The notes beneath the pieces are model-generated. The model saw only the letters and a list, made by a program, of their open reading frames with translations, was not told the DNA's origin and did not search any database. The position numbers and the translations under genes are program-made. Positions 1 to 13,143 of a DNA stretch of 64,000 nt are shown in pieces. This DNA comes from Eutreptiella sp. 'Long Island Sound 2002' (taxonomy: Eukaryota > Protista > Euglenida), in NCBI GenBank assembly GCA_964036045.1, contig OZ038378.1:7750001-7814000 (forward strand). The letters are read 5' to 3'. Position 1 is the stretch's first letter. Each line of letters opens with the position of its first letter.

Positions 1-1448
1 CCTTCTTCGCACCGGTATGAGGGCGGAGGGATGCGTGCCACACCCCTATTCACATCACGGGGCAAGGGGACGGGTTCTACACCGCTCAGCACAACAAGGG
101 AATGCCGTGCACGCAGTGCGCACACAATGCAAACTTTGTATGCCGGCAACTACTTGAACTTCACAAGTTGGTTGTTCCATAACAGAAATTTTTACGCTTC
201 TTGTGCATTGAGGATGTGGCGCATTTGAATTGCCACCCATGTTCACCCATTTTCAGCCATTTTAGCCCACTTTTACCCGGTTTTGTTGCACGTTCTTTGT
301 TATAGGTGGATTCTGGATTATGATGATGGGGAATCACCGGATGTTGTGTACATTCACACTGCAACAAATCGGCAGGTGGGTTGTTACACATTCCAAAGCA
401 CATTCCAACCTTCATGGTCATTGCCTTGCTATCTCTAGGAAACAATGTCTTTGTGGATTCTCTTTATGAGCCAGCACTTGAACCCTCCATCCGCACTCTC
501 GGATCATTGTGAATCATGTAGCATGGTTTATCGGTATCGGCCCACATAGTGCTGCATACTGCTGCAAGTTGGGCCCCAATGGGGTCAAGGCAGAATGCCT
601 ATGTTCCCAAGAAGGCTGCCACCATCTTCCAATACACTCACGCAACAACAGATTGCGCTTGGCCATGGCCACCAATTACCAAGGATATGAAGACCCTTGT
701 AACGCCTGCATAAATGCATGGGGGTTTCCTCCCTTCCTCCGTAGCTAGGTTTCATTGTGTCGGCACTGCACGTAGTCCCCTGGGCACACCAACTTGGGGA
801 AGAGGAGCGGTTTCCCTGTTCCATTGCAGCCGGGCTAAGGGTGCAGGGCCGGATTCCCCACCCATGTGCACACCGGCATAGGGAGGAAGGACGGTTGCTC
901 CACCCTTGTGCACACTTGCATGGGGAAGAGGTACAGTCCCTCATCCACTGTGCACACGATGAGGGCGCAGGGACATGCCCCGCACCGGGGCGCACACTTC
1001 CCCAGGGCACAGGGGCAGCCCCCAGCCCTCCCCATCACACGGCAAAGAGACAGGCTCCCCACCCCAGGGAGAGGGGAGAGGGAGTGGCGTAGCAGGGAGG
1101 CAGAGGGAAGGGGAGGGATGTCAGGGCACGAGGATACCACTATGCCCCCCCCCCCCCTGCCCAACCCACCACCCCACCACCCCACACCTGCCTGCACACC
1201 TATGAGCCCCCAGCCCAACCCACTGTGCCACATATCCATGTACACTCACACACCCCAGTCATACCCTGACATAGGCCAGTGGGATCACAGAGGTGTGTAA
1301 GAGGGAACTGCCCCAGGACAAAAAAGAAGTCCTGATTCTTAGTATTTCACAGTGATTCAAAAATTTTTAATGAATAATCTAAGTGCCTAAATATTCATTT
1401 CAAATGCTAGACCCTCCCCCCCCCCCCATACACACACTTTCCCCCAAT

Positions 1449-1590
1449 GGTGGCAGATCTGAGCACCTCTAGAAATGAGCACATTTCCCGGAATTTCTAG
1501 AAATATGTTCAGATTTGACACAAAGGGTTTGGACAATACGCTCACAGAAATGGGCACATTTCTAGAAATGTGCTCAGATCTGCGACCACC
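1449..1590. repeat. 142-bp hairpin (about 40-bp imperfect inverted repeat)
   Basis: GGTGGCAGATCTGAGCAC..CTAGAAATGAGCACATTTC is mirrored by GAAATGGGCACATTTCTAGAAATGTGCTCAGATCTGCGACCACC. Confidence 0.7.
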
Positions 1591-2138
1591 CTCTTTTTTT
1601 GCTCACCCCCAGGCCAAGTGAACATATTTTCGCAATTTTCAGGAATTGTGGTCATGGGTACCCTGCAGTCCATGCCTCTCACACGGAAGGAGGAGATGCA
1701 TGAACGCACCGGAGCTGGAATTTTTTCGCACTAGATCTAACAACCTCTGTTCAAGGTGATTTTCCAGCGCCACATTGGTGGTCCAGACCTTCTAAACATT
1801 TTGGCCATTTTGAAGTGGGGAGGGGATCAAGGGCTGCAGCTGGGCGCCTCCCATGACACAAATTGCAAATTTGCATGCACGCAGCAGCAGCGGCGGCGGC
1901 GGCGGCGGCGCCCCCGCCCCCGCCGCCACTTCCACCGCCCTTGCCAGCAGTCGAGGTGCAGGCACAGCCCTGGCGAGGGACACGGGAGGGCATCTGGCAA
2001 GCAGACTTAAGCCGTGCCCCGTCGGCCCCATTGCCGCGCCCTGCCGCACCCAAGGGGGCAGGCCAACAGGGGTGGCGGGCAGGGACTTGCTCCCTATGCT
2101 GTACCCCTGCAACCAGCCCCTCTGCCTTGGAAATTACC

Positions 2139-2493
2139 CCCCCCCCCCCTTCCAATGAACGCCTTGTTCAGCGAACACTTAGTGTTCGGACCGTACTTTT
2201 TTGTATATAAAATCATTTTGATACCGAGGTTCAGGGTACGGGATTCAGGATAGAGGATTGGGGAAATGAGGGGCTGTTGTGATGTGTCTTGCAATGATGC
2301 TTGATGTGAGCTGCTGGTATCCCTCCACAACCTTTATGGCCCACCATGACTGATCTTGTGCTTCGGGAGGTGTTATGGGAATTACATAAGGTGCCCGGGC
2401 GGACCGAACGTGGTGTCCAACGAACATTTGGTGTTCGGACCGTATTTTTTTTGGGACTTTAGTGTTCGCTGGACAAGGGGGGGGGGGGGGGGG
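2139..2493. mobile_element. C-run/G-run-capped inverted-repeat element
   Basis: Left end is a C-run followed by CCTTGTTCAGCGAACACTTAG; right end is CTTTAGTGTTCGCTGGACAAGG followed by a G-run. The interior is homologous, in reverse, to about 16420-16620. Confidence 0.6.
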
Positions 2494-2821
2494 GCTACAC
2501 AGGCTCGTGCCTTCCTTGTTATGACGCACACGGAGCGTCCAGGACCTTAATAGGCGAGTGTCCTCCATTACATGATGCCCCTCGAGCACAGAGTGAATTG
2601 GCACACAACAGTTCGCACACAACCCTCATGTGCTCTGGCCATGGCCAAGAAACCTGGGTGCCGCTTGAGGTACAGTAAGTAGAGCCTCTAGACAGCGTCA
2701 GGGGGGCGCCTCTCTCTGACTGACGAAGTCCTGCATTTGGATGATGGACAGCCCAGCTATACCGCCCCCAATGGGCCATGCTCTCCAACATGCCAGCCAT
2801 CTCGGTGGTCTTTCTGTGCAG

Positions 2822-3032
2822 TCCAATGGTGCTCGACAATGGCGTTGTGCCGCCGATGTGTGCAGATGCGCCCCTTCGCAGACCCTTGCTCTTTGATGGC
2901 ACGGGTACTGACGATTGTGCTCATCTTGAGCCGGCCTGCAAAAGGGCCCGCAGTGAAAGTGGTGAGGCTTTGGACGTGAAGTTCAAGATCGTGGCAGAAT
3001 GCCAGGCCGCCGAATCGCCAACGGGTGTGTAG
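2822..3032 (+). CDS. Possible terminal exon of an unidentified gene
   Basis: Acceptor TTTCTGTGCAG, then PMVLDNG...PACKRARSE...PTGV-stop (NLS-like KRAR). No domain recognised. Confidence 0.25.
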
Positions 3033-3138
3033 CTCGTGGGAGTGCTGTACATTGTGTAAGAGTGCCGTACCGTCACATAGAGGGAGCGCCGTGCGCTGTG
3101 CGCAAATTCAGCCCTGGCCAGGCCTTTTCTCAGTGCCT

Positions 3139-3375
3139 CCCAACCCTCTCCTACCCTCTCCCAACCCTCTCCCAACCCTCTCCCAACCCTCTCCCAACCC
3201 TCTCCTACCCTCTCCCAACCCTCTCCCAACCCTCTCCCAACCCTCTCCTACCCTCTCCCAACCCTCTCCCAACCCTCTCCCAACCCTCTCCCAACCTTCT
3301 CCCACCCTCTCCCAACCCTCTCCCAACCCTCTCCCACCCTCTCCCAACCCTCTCCTACCCTCTCCCAACCCTCTC
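3139..3375. repeat. 11-bp minisatellite (CCAACCCTCTC)n with 10-bp variants
   Basis: About 22 tandem copies are directly visible. Confidence 0.95.
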
Positions 3376-4448
3376 TCGCCTACCCCACCCCGGGGGTGGT
3401 GGGGGGTGGTGTGCCTGCCTTTTTCAAAATGGTGGGTGCCTCCTTCTGATGATGGGGGGGGGGGGCAGAAGAGAATAGCATAGAGAATGGAGGTGCATTT
3501 ATGCCTTACTGTGAACTGTGGAGTGCATTACCTTTGGTTTGCATTCGTCTGGTTTTTTAATTAGGTCTCAGCCCCCCCCCCCCCCCCGGGGGGGTGGGGG
3601 TGGGCCAAGAGTGGGTTGGTGGTTTTGAGGGGACCGGCTATATTCTAATAATTTCCCCCTTATATTTCCCCTTGTGTTGGTCGGTTGTGTGGGTGGGTGC
3701 CTCTTGAGCTGAGCCCCCCCCCCGTGGGGGTAGGTCAAGTGCTGTGGGTGCCTGCCAAAAGTGGGATCCTGCCCTTCTCATTCTGCCCCCAGCCTCCCCC
3801 CCCCCCCGTTGCTAAGAAAAGCCTTGGCCCTGGCCCCTTTTCGCGGTTGGGCTCCTGCTGGTCGACATTGCTGTAGAAGCGAAACCACCCGCCCCTCAAA
3901 AGCCCCACATGCAAAGGGCCAAAAGTTGGAAAAGAAACGTCTCAGACACAAATACCTCACGGCATGTCAGCCCCGTCAATACGGTGGGCCTTGGGATTCG
4001 TTCCTTCCGGTGCAGTATCCCAAGTAACGGGCGCTGTCCCCGCGCCGGAAACCCCCTCACAGTTCAACCCCATTCCAGACCCCTCTGCAGCCTCCAGAAT
4101 CTCGTCCCAACGAAGTGATGACAGTGCCTCACAGCCCCCGACGACCCTCTGTCACTGCAACCCTGACCCCTGCTTCAGCCTGAAAGGGAGCGTTAGCGCG
4201 CCGGGCCCGCGCCGGGCAAAGTTCCCCCCCATTTCCCCCCAAAGTCCTCCCACCCCAATCTCGGTATGACGGTGATATGTCCTTGGGAGGCTCTCTATGG
4301 GGCCTCCACTTGTTTGTTCCCATTTTGGACACCACAATATGTTTCCAGCGCACAGTATCGTGCATTACACGTGGTCCACGGGCGACCTCATGTCATTTGT
4401 GCTTAGGGTTCCTGGGCTCAACGAGGGAGTAATGTTTGGCGGTAAAGC

Positions 4449-4972
4449 ATGGGGATGGATGGCCGGAACATTGATTTGGATGCCGGGCGCGCCGGGCAAA
4501 CGTTCCCCTTGAACAACGCCTTTTCAGGTCCGTGCGCTGATGTCCGCTGTTCTGCCGAATCCGACTCCGAGTTCCCGTGCCCCCCCGAACCAGCGCCCAG
4601 ACAGTCCCCGAAGGTGCTGGTGGTCAGGTCCGCCGCGCAGCTGCCGGAGTGCAGCGTCCTGCAAAGGGAAACGCTACTGGCCCTGGACTGTGAGGGGTGG
4701 CGCCTCGGTCGCATGGGCACGCTGTCGCTGATCCAGGTCGGCACCGAAAGTGGCGATGCTTTCTTGTTCGATGTGCTCGATTGCCCCCGGAATTCAGAGG
4801 TTGTGCAGTGGCTGAAGGCCATCCTTGAGAGTACGGCCGTCACCAAGATTGTCCATGATTGCAGGATGGACTCGGATGCGCTGTACCATCTTCTTGGCAT
4901 CACTTTGGCTGAGGTGCACGACACACAAGCTTGCGGTGGTGGACGCTTGAACCTGAATGACACCCTCCAAAT
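4449..4972 (+). CDS. DEDD 3'-5' exonuclease + KH-domain protein (EXD1/Egalitarian-like exonuclease), first visible exon; true start uncertain
   Basis: ExoI ALDCEG, LSLIQV, FLFDV, and ExoII KIVHDCRMDSDAL are present. Donor AT|GTATGC at 4973 is phase 2 and joins in frame to 7629, giving LNDTLQ-M-YGCPVN. A possible upstream acceptor TTTTCAG ends at 4527, so the ATG at 4449 is provisional. Confidence 0.85.
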
Positions 4973-5057
4973 GTATGCATGAGGGCCACTGTGGAAATTG
5001 GGGCGGGCTCTGACAGCACTAGGGGTGGGCTGCGAGTGGATGAGGAGGTTGGGAGGG

Positions 5058-5483
5058 CTCTACCGGGGGGGGGGGGGGGGTTTGGTATAGGCTAAATTTG
5101 GTACAACAAAATTGTACCGAATCTCGCCATGGTGTTTAAGGACCGAGGCCGCTTTTTTAGGTGTCGTGGTGGTAGAAATAAACAATTCCTGGGGACGCCA
5201 TGGTTAAGGTGTGAACCCTGTTTTACACAGGAATAACAGCTGAAGCTGGTAGCTCATTTGTGGAAGCACAACTCTTCAGAAAGAAAGGCTGTTGGCTCCA
5301 TTCCCCGTGGGCACTACTTTTACCTGTGAGAATGTGCAGGGCTTGCTTGTTCTTATGCCACAATCTGGAAATTTTGTACCACATTTTGCCATGGTATTTA
5401 AGAATTCCTGCCAAATTTTCACCGCACGGAATTTTGCCATACCAAATTTTGCACGTACCAACCCCCCCCCCCCCCCGGTAGAG
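5058..5483. mobile_element. MITE-like element in the exonuclease intron, with imperfect ~55-bp TIRs containing G/C homopolymers
   Basis: CTCTACC-G(n)-TTTGGTA..AAATTTGGTA at the left end mirrors TACCAAATTT..TACCAA-C(n)-GGTAGAG at the right end. Confidence 0.65.
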
Positions 5484-6773
5484 GGAGTGTCGGGAGCCGG
5501 TGGCGTGGATATGGCCTGCTGATGGAACACAGTTGCCGAAACCTGAAAAGGCATGATGCATCAAATTGTTTAATGCCATGTGTCAGAAGCGTCAAAATGT
5601 GAAGGACGTCGTGTTTAGAAGACGTGTTAATCTGCAGGACGCCGTGTAGTTAGAAAGGATTACAAGCACACATGATGGAATCCCCGTTGACGGTAGCCTC
5701 TGCAGGATTTGTGTCCAGGGAAAAGCGTTCCCAAGAAGTAGGACTTTGGTCCAAATTCCAGGAGGTCATGTCAAAAAGGCCAACAACATCAATGCTACAT
5801 ACTCCAGCATATCATGACATGAGGAGACTTTTGGAGCAAAAAAATGGAAATACAGAGGGCCATGGAATTACAGAGGCCGCAAGAGGATTGCACGGAGGAG
5901 GCACTATAAAAGGACTGGGAAGTTGCAAGAAGACTTGGGGAGGGGGGGCTGTGGGAAGATTGTTAGGTGATGCAGAAGCGGGTGCATGAATCGCGCAAGA
6001 ATTGCGCATGTGCAGCCCCTTCACCAGCTTGTGGATGTTGGCAAAAGTGTCTCACAACTGCTGCCAACCACTTTCCGGTAGCATACCCATGACTTGCTCC
6101 GCTTCATCTTTTGGGGTGCAATGTGGTGGAGTGCATTTCGTGTCAGTAGTTACACGTCGCCCTCACTTCAGGCGACCACCTCTTCTGGGGTGCAAATATG
6201 GTGGATTGTATACAATTTGAAACACCCTTCATGCCACGTCTCCAATGCTTTACGCATGCGTGAGGTACCCAAAATGTCTATGGGGGCTTTATGCTTCACC
6301 TCCTCCGGTGGCAATGGTAGTTGATGCATTGTTTGTGTCGCTCTCTTTTTTGTTTTTTTTAAAAAAAAGTGTGTGCTGGTTACAACACAAAAAGAAAATG
6401 TACTCGGGTTACATGAAGAACAGTTTTTTCCCAATTTTTTTGGGGACTCAGCTTACCCTGGGGGGGTCGACTCCGCAGGTCCTAGGACGCAGACCACCCC
6501 CCCCCCCCCCCAGGGGGCCTTCGACCAACGGTTCATGGGGGGGGGTAGTCCGCGTCCAAACCCGAGGGGTTGGCCCCCCCGTGCGGCTTACATTAAAAAT
6601 AAATGTGTGCAGGTTACAACAAAAAAAGAGTAAATAAGGTCACACTTTTTTGCGTCATGCAGGTTACATTTTTCGCCCACCCCAGCTACCCATGCCAGGC
6701 CTGGCTGTCGCACCAGAATCCTGGGTCCATCTTGCAAACGGTGGTATCCTAGCAGTTGGTTTGCACACCTATC

Positions 6774-7333
6774 GAGGCTGTGTCAAGTGGTGTTGAGGCC
6801 GCGTCAAGTGGTGTAGAGACTGTGTGAAGTGGTGTGGGTTCTGTGTAGAGTGGTGTCGAGGCTGTGTCAAGTGGTGTAGAGGCTGTGTCAAGTGGTGTGG
6901 GCTCTGTGTAAAGTGGTGTCGAGGCTGTGTTAAGTGGTGACGAGACTGTGTCAAGTGGTGTTGAGGCTGTGTCAATTGTTGTACAGGCTGTGTCAATTGT
7001 TGTACAGGCTGTGTCAAGGGGTGTAGAGGCTGTGTCAGTTGTTGTAGAGGCTGTGTCAATTGTTGTAGAGGCTGTGTCAATTGTTGTAGAGGCTGTGTCA
7101 CTTGTTGTACAGGCTGTGTCAAGGGGTGTAGAGGCTGTGTCAATTGTTGTAGAGGCTGTGTCAATTGTTGTAGAGGCTGTGTCAATTGTTGTACATGCTG
7201 TGTCAAGTGGTGCCGAGGCTGTGTCAAGTGGTGTAGAGGCTGTGTCAAGGGGTGTGGGTTCTGTGTAGAGTGGTGCCGAGGCTGTGTCAAGTGGTGTAGA
7301 GGCTTTGTCAAGTGGTGTAGAGGCTGTGTCAAG
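6774..7333. repeat. 21-bp minisatellite (GAGGCTGTGTCAAGTGGTGTA)n in the exonuclease intron
   Basis: About 26 copies with central AATTGTT variants. Confidence 0.95.
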
Positions 7334-7628
7334 TACGCTTATTAGCAAACACATCAAACACATTGGCGGTATCCTTGAAAACGATTTCAGTGAAAATGTC
7401 GTTGTTAATTTTCTTGTAAGCCACCGGTTGTTGTGATTGCAAACTGTACGGAAGTGGATTTCTTCCCATGCATACAAATGGGGCAAAGGGGAGGGGGTAA
7501 AAGGGGGGCCTGCCGTGGCATGGTCCGTGCAAATGCGAATGGGTGCTGGCCCCGCCACTGCACGCGCTGACCAGCCACCCGCCAGCGCCACGACAGGTTC
7601 CGAGCCACACGCGCACACCCTATTTTAG

Positions 7629-8190
7629 GTACGGTTGTCCTGTCAATGCCTCACGGGACACCACCGTTTACAAGACGGACCCGCAGTTCTGGATGCGACG
7701 GCCGCTATCTTCAGAGATGATTGCCTGGGCTTCGGAGGACATTCGGCATCTTTTTGCACTGCGCACTGCGCAGGGCCCGGCAGACGCTGCCCAAAGGCGA
7801 GCGTGCGACGACCGACTGAACGTCTGTCGTGATGCGCACGTCGGCACTGTGCCGCTTCATGCATCGCAGATCGGGCGTTTCATTGGCAAAGGCGGCTCGA
7901 ACATCCGAAACCTGGAGCAGATGACGGGGGCCATGTTCCACACCTCCGACAACGCTATTGAGATCTATGCCCGTGATCTCCCGATGCTGAACACCGCGAA
8001 GGACGTCTGCCGGAAGTACGGGGTCAAGTACCGCCCTCCGAAGCGGAGCCCTGTGCCCCGGCGCCGCACGCTCGTGTCGCGGTTTGACGAGCATGACGAC
8101 GACTCATTGGAGTCGTGGTTTGACAAGCATGACGACGACTTGGATCCGCTTTTGGATCCGTTTTCGGATCGCTTGACCTGTTTTTTCTGA
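7629..8190 (+). CDS. DEDD exonuclease + KH protein, terminal exon (ExoIII motif and KH domain)
   Basis: Acceptor TATTTTAG ends at 7628 with matching phase. Contains W..RPLS.EMIAWASEDIRHL (ExoIII) and the KH GxxG loop IGRFIGKGGSNIRNLEQMTGA, then an acidic tail and a stop at 8190. Confidence 0.85.
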
Positions 8191-9270
8191 ACTGGAGCGT
8201 TGCCACATCCCCTCCTCTTTCCACCCGTCGTTGCCGTTGCATGGCCTCGGTGGCCGTTGCATGGCCTCGGATGTTGGCTGCATACGGGCAATAGGCCTGC
8301 CAAGTGCCAGAAAGCTGCGGACGCCATACAATGCAGAAGGCATTCGCCAACAACGTGAAGCACGAGATTGCTCAATCACCCAGTGATCACTGGACGTAGT
8401 CACTGCATTCTCTTCGCTGTCGTCAGGTGCAATGCCTGCTTCGTGGGTCTGATTGGTTTGGCGGTGCCGGAAGCCCATAGCTCCACGAAATGCGCAGCCT
8501 TTACCACGTTCTGCACTTTATGGCTTGCTCATTCTGGATTATCTGGCACAATAATGCCATGGGAAGAGACTCAAGTTGCAGTTCATCACGTCTTTTGGAA
8601 GGCCAGCCCTGCTTGCGTACCCGGAGCAGAAGGCATGGACATACAAGCCTTTGGAATGTCGAAGGGAACTTGTGGTGTACGTGTGGGGCCCACAAGTAGT
8701 GCTTCACAGTGTATGACACTTTGTCCACAAACGCTCTCCTCTTGCTCTCGGGGGTACTTGGTCTGCGAAGGTGGATTCCAAAAGCGACAGGGCTGTCGGG
8801 GCCCTGACCAGGCTTGATCTTGGTGCATTAACCTTGCCACGTCGAATCGTGTTCCAGCCCCCCCACCCCACTTCCTTCTAACCCCTCCCAATGCATGCAG
8901 CCACTAACTGCCACTGGCCGCCCTTGACGAAAAAGTACCATCGCAGCTTTGTACCATGCCCCTTCCTCTCCGCCCCAAGCCAGGGACAAGGGCAGGCGTC
9001 GAGCTGTAGATGCTAAAACTGATTGCCCTCGCACTGATCGCCCGAGAGTGCAATACAATGTCGAAATGTTCGAAAAAATGTAACATACCCCCCCCTCCGG
9101 TGCACCAAGCTCTCGGAAATCAGCCGGCACTATAGGTAGGGCACACCAAAGCAGTGCACTAGAATCTTGCAAAGACCTGCCGAAAACCCCCGAAACATTG
9201 ACAGTATTTCCAAAATTCTATTGCCTTCGGCAAGTCCACCTCGCAGAGAATCTACCGCGAGCAACACACA

Positions 9271-11397
9271 CCCCAAATAGGGTGGAAACTACATAAATAC
9301 GGGCTAAAACATGCTTTACATACCTTGGATGATCATTTTAGGTGATCACGGTATCAAAAAAACAAGTTTCAAAAACTTCGATTTTTGAGCTGCCCAGGGT
9401 GAAAAACTGCACTAGCAGGTTGTGTACCAATCCCTTGGGAGACCCCCCCCCCTCCCCCGGGACCTAATACCCAAATCGGGTGAAAAACACGTAAATGCGG
9501 CCTAAAACATGCTTTACATACCTTGGATGATCATTTTAGGTGATCAGAATATCAGAAAAACAAGTTTCAAAAACTTCCATTTTTGAGCTGTCCGGGGTGA
9601 AAAGCTGCACAAGCAGGTTGTGTACCAATCCCTTGGGAGCCCCCCCCCCCCCCCCCCTGGACCTAATACCCAAATAGGGTGAAAAACACGTAAATACGGC
9701 CTAAAACATGCTTTACATACCTTGGATGATCATTTTAGGTGATCAGAATATCAGAAAAACAAGTTTCAAAAACTTCGATTTTTGAGCTGTCCGGGGTGAA
9801 AAGCTGCACTAGCAGGTTGTGTACCAATCCCTTGGGAGCCCCCCCCCCCCCCTGGACCTAATACCCAAATAGGGTGAAAAACACGTAAATACGGCCTAAA
9901 ACATGCTTTACATACCTTGGATGGTCATTTTAGGTGATCACAATATCACAAAAACAAGTTTCAAAAACTTGCATTTTTGAGCTGTCCGGGGTGAAAAACT
10001 GAACAAGCAGGTTGTGCACCAGTCCCTTGGGAGCCCCCCCCCCCCCCCCCGACCTGATACCCAAATAGGGTGAAAAACACGTAAATACGGCCTAAAACAT
10101 GCTTTGCATAGCTTGAAATGTCATTTTGGGTGGTCACAATATCAAAAAAACAAGTTTCGAAAACTTCGATTTTTGAGCTGTCCGGGTTGAAAAACTGCAT
10201 AAGCAGGTTGTGCACCCGTCCCTTGGGAGCCTCCCCCCCCCCCCTGGACCTAATACCCAAATAGGGTGAAAAACACGTAAATACGGCCTAAAACATGCTT
10301 TACATACCTTGGATGGTCATTTTAGGTGATCACAATATCACAAAAACAAGTTTCAAAAACTTCCATTTTTGAGCTGTCCGGGGTGAAAAAGTGCATAAGC
10401 AGGTTGTGTACCAATCCCCTAGGAGCCCCCCCCCCCCCCCCCGACCTGATTCCCAAATAGGGTGAAAAACACGTAAATACGGCCTAAAACATGCTTTACA
10501 TACCTTGGGTGGTCATTTTGGGTGGTCACAATATCAAAAAAACAAGTTTCGAAAACTTCGATTTTTGAGCTGTCCGGGTTGAAAAACTGCATAAGCAGGT
10601 TGTGCACCAGTCCCTTGGGAGCCCCCCCCCCCCCCCGACCTGATACCCAAATAGGGTGAAAAACACGTAAATACGGCCTAAAACATGCTTTGCATAGCTT
10701 GGATGGTCATTTTGGGTGGTCACAATATCAAAAAAACAAGTTTCGAAAACTTCGATTTTTGAGCTGTCCGGGTTGAAAAACTGCATAAGCAGGTTGTGCA
10801 CCCGTCTCTTGGGAGCCTCTCCCCCCCCCCCCCCCGACCTAACACCCAAAAAGGGTGAACAACACGTAAATACGGCCTAAAACATGCTTTCCATAGCTTG
10901 AATGGTCATTTTAGGTGGTCACAATATCAAAAAAACAAGTTTCGAAAACTTCGATTTTTGAGCTGTCCGGGGTGAAAAACTGCATAAGCAGGTTGTGCAC
11001 CCGTCCCTTGGGAGACCCCCCCCCCCCCCCCGGACCTAACACCCAAATAGGGTGAAAAACACGTAAATACGGCCTAAACCATGCTTTGCATAGCTTGAAA
11101 TGTCATTTTGGGTGGTCACAATATCAAAAAAACAAGTTTCGAAAACTTCGATTTTTGAGCTGTCCGGGTTGAAAAACTGCACAAGCAGGTTGTGTACCAA
11201 TCCCTTGGGAGACCCCCCCCCCCCCCCCCCGGACCTAACACCCAAATGGGGTGAAAAACACGTAAATACGGCCTAAAACATGCTTTGCATAGCTTGAAAT
11301 GTCATTTTGGGTGGTCACAATATCAAAAAAACAAGTTTCGAAAACTTCGATTTTTGAGCTGCCTGGGGTGAAAAACTGCATAAGCAGGTTGTGTACT
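9271..11397. repeat. Tandem satellite with a ~195-bp unit, 11 copies
   Basis: The unit CCCAAATAGGGTGAAAAACACGTAAATACGGCCTAAAACATG... recurs about every 195 bp. Each unit contains a C-run of variable length. Confidence 0.95.
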
Positions 11398-12302
11398 GGC
11401 CCATTCACTAGGCCATTATTGGTGGAAACAGTCATTCCGCGTCTTTGGCACGGGTTGTGGACGGCCCCAGGCAAGGCTAGACACTGCAAAAAACGTCCTT
11501 CCGTATCCTAGTAGGCATATACTGTCACAACATCCCCACTTGCACCCCTCAGAGTAGGTACCACGGGGTCACCGAGGTCGACGAACATAGCAAAAATGGC
11601 TGAAAAGTGCATAAACTGCATTAGCGCTCGTCCCACTCCGCCCCATACAAACCCCATAGAGTCGGGACCCGGAAAAACTTTTTCGGCTCAAAATCGAAAA
11701 AAACCAAAAGATTCATGATTTTCGACCCAAAAAAAGGGGGGGTCATTTTTTGACCCCCCCCCCCACCCCTCCCTCAAAACCTGAAAAAAGTGGGTTTCAA
11801 GTGGGGGGGGTCTGGGGGGGGTCCGGACCAAAAACTCATTGGGGGATGCGTTTATTGGACAAAATAATGATTTTACAAGGGGTTAAACTAACAATTCAAC
11901 CCCTTGGGGTAGGGTACGCGAATAGGCCCAAAAAGGCCAAAATGGGGGGGTATGTGGCGTTTTCCCATATATACGCCTGCCTGGCTTTGATCTAACAACC
12001 TCTGCGAGGTGATTTCTCAAAATTGTTCCCCCCCCCCCCAAACCCATACATCCCCGAAAAGCCATTCCCAAGGGCTATCCAAAAAGGTATAACATACCCC
12101 CCCCCCTACGAAACACCAATTTTTCAGAAATTGGCCGACACTACTCAGCCGGACGGGTGCGCGGTAATTTGGCTGTTTTGACCCCCCCCCCCCTGTCAAA
12201 CGCCCATATATATACAGCGATGTAGGAGTGTAGGAATGTTGAACCTCGCAGTATGAGCATGATTCGAATGGAAGCCTTGGTATATATATATATATATATA
12301 TA

Positions 12303-13118
<816 letters not shown>

Positions 13119-13143
13119 TCCAATCTACACCCCTCTCCCAACT

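Noticed and set aside
2999-3483. Pro/Ser/Leu-rich ORFs
   Set aside because: They are translations of the 11-bp minisatellite, with no unique domain.
5580-6250. Possible decayed transposase in the exonuclease intron (FIFWGAMWW)
   Set aside because: Only one weak motif, with many stops. It cannot be assigned without a profile search.
9961-11489. Repeated ~60-107-aa ORFs (FFNPDSSKIEVFETCFFD...)
   Set aside because: They are frames of the 195-bp satellite and are broken by variable C-runs.
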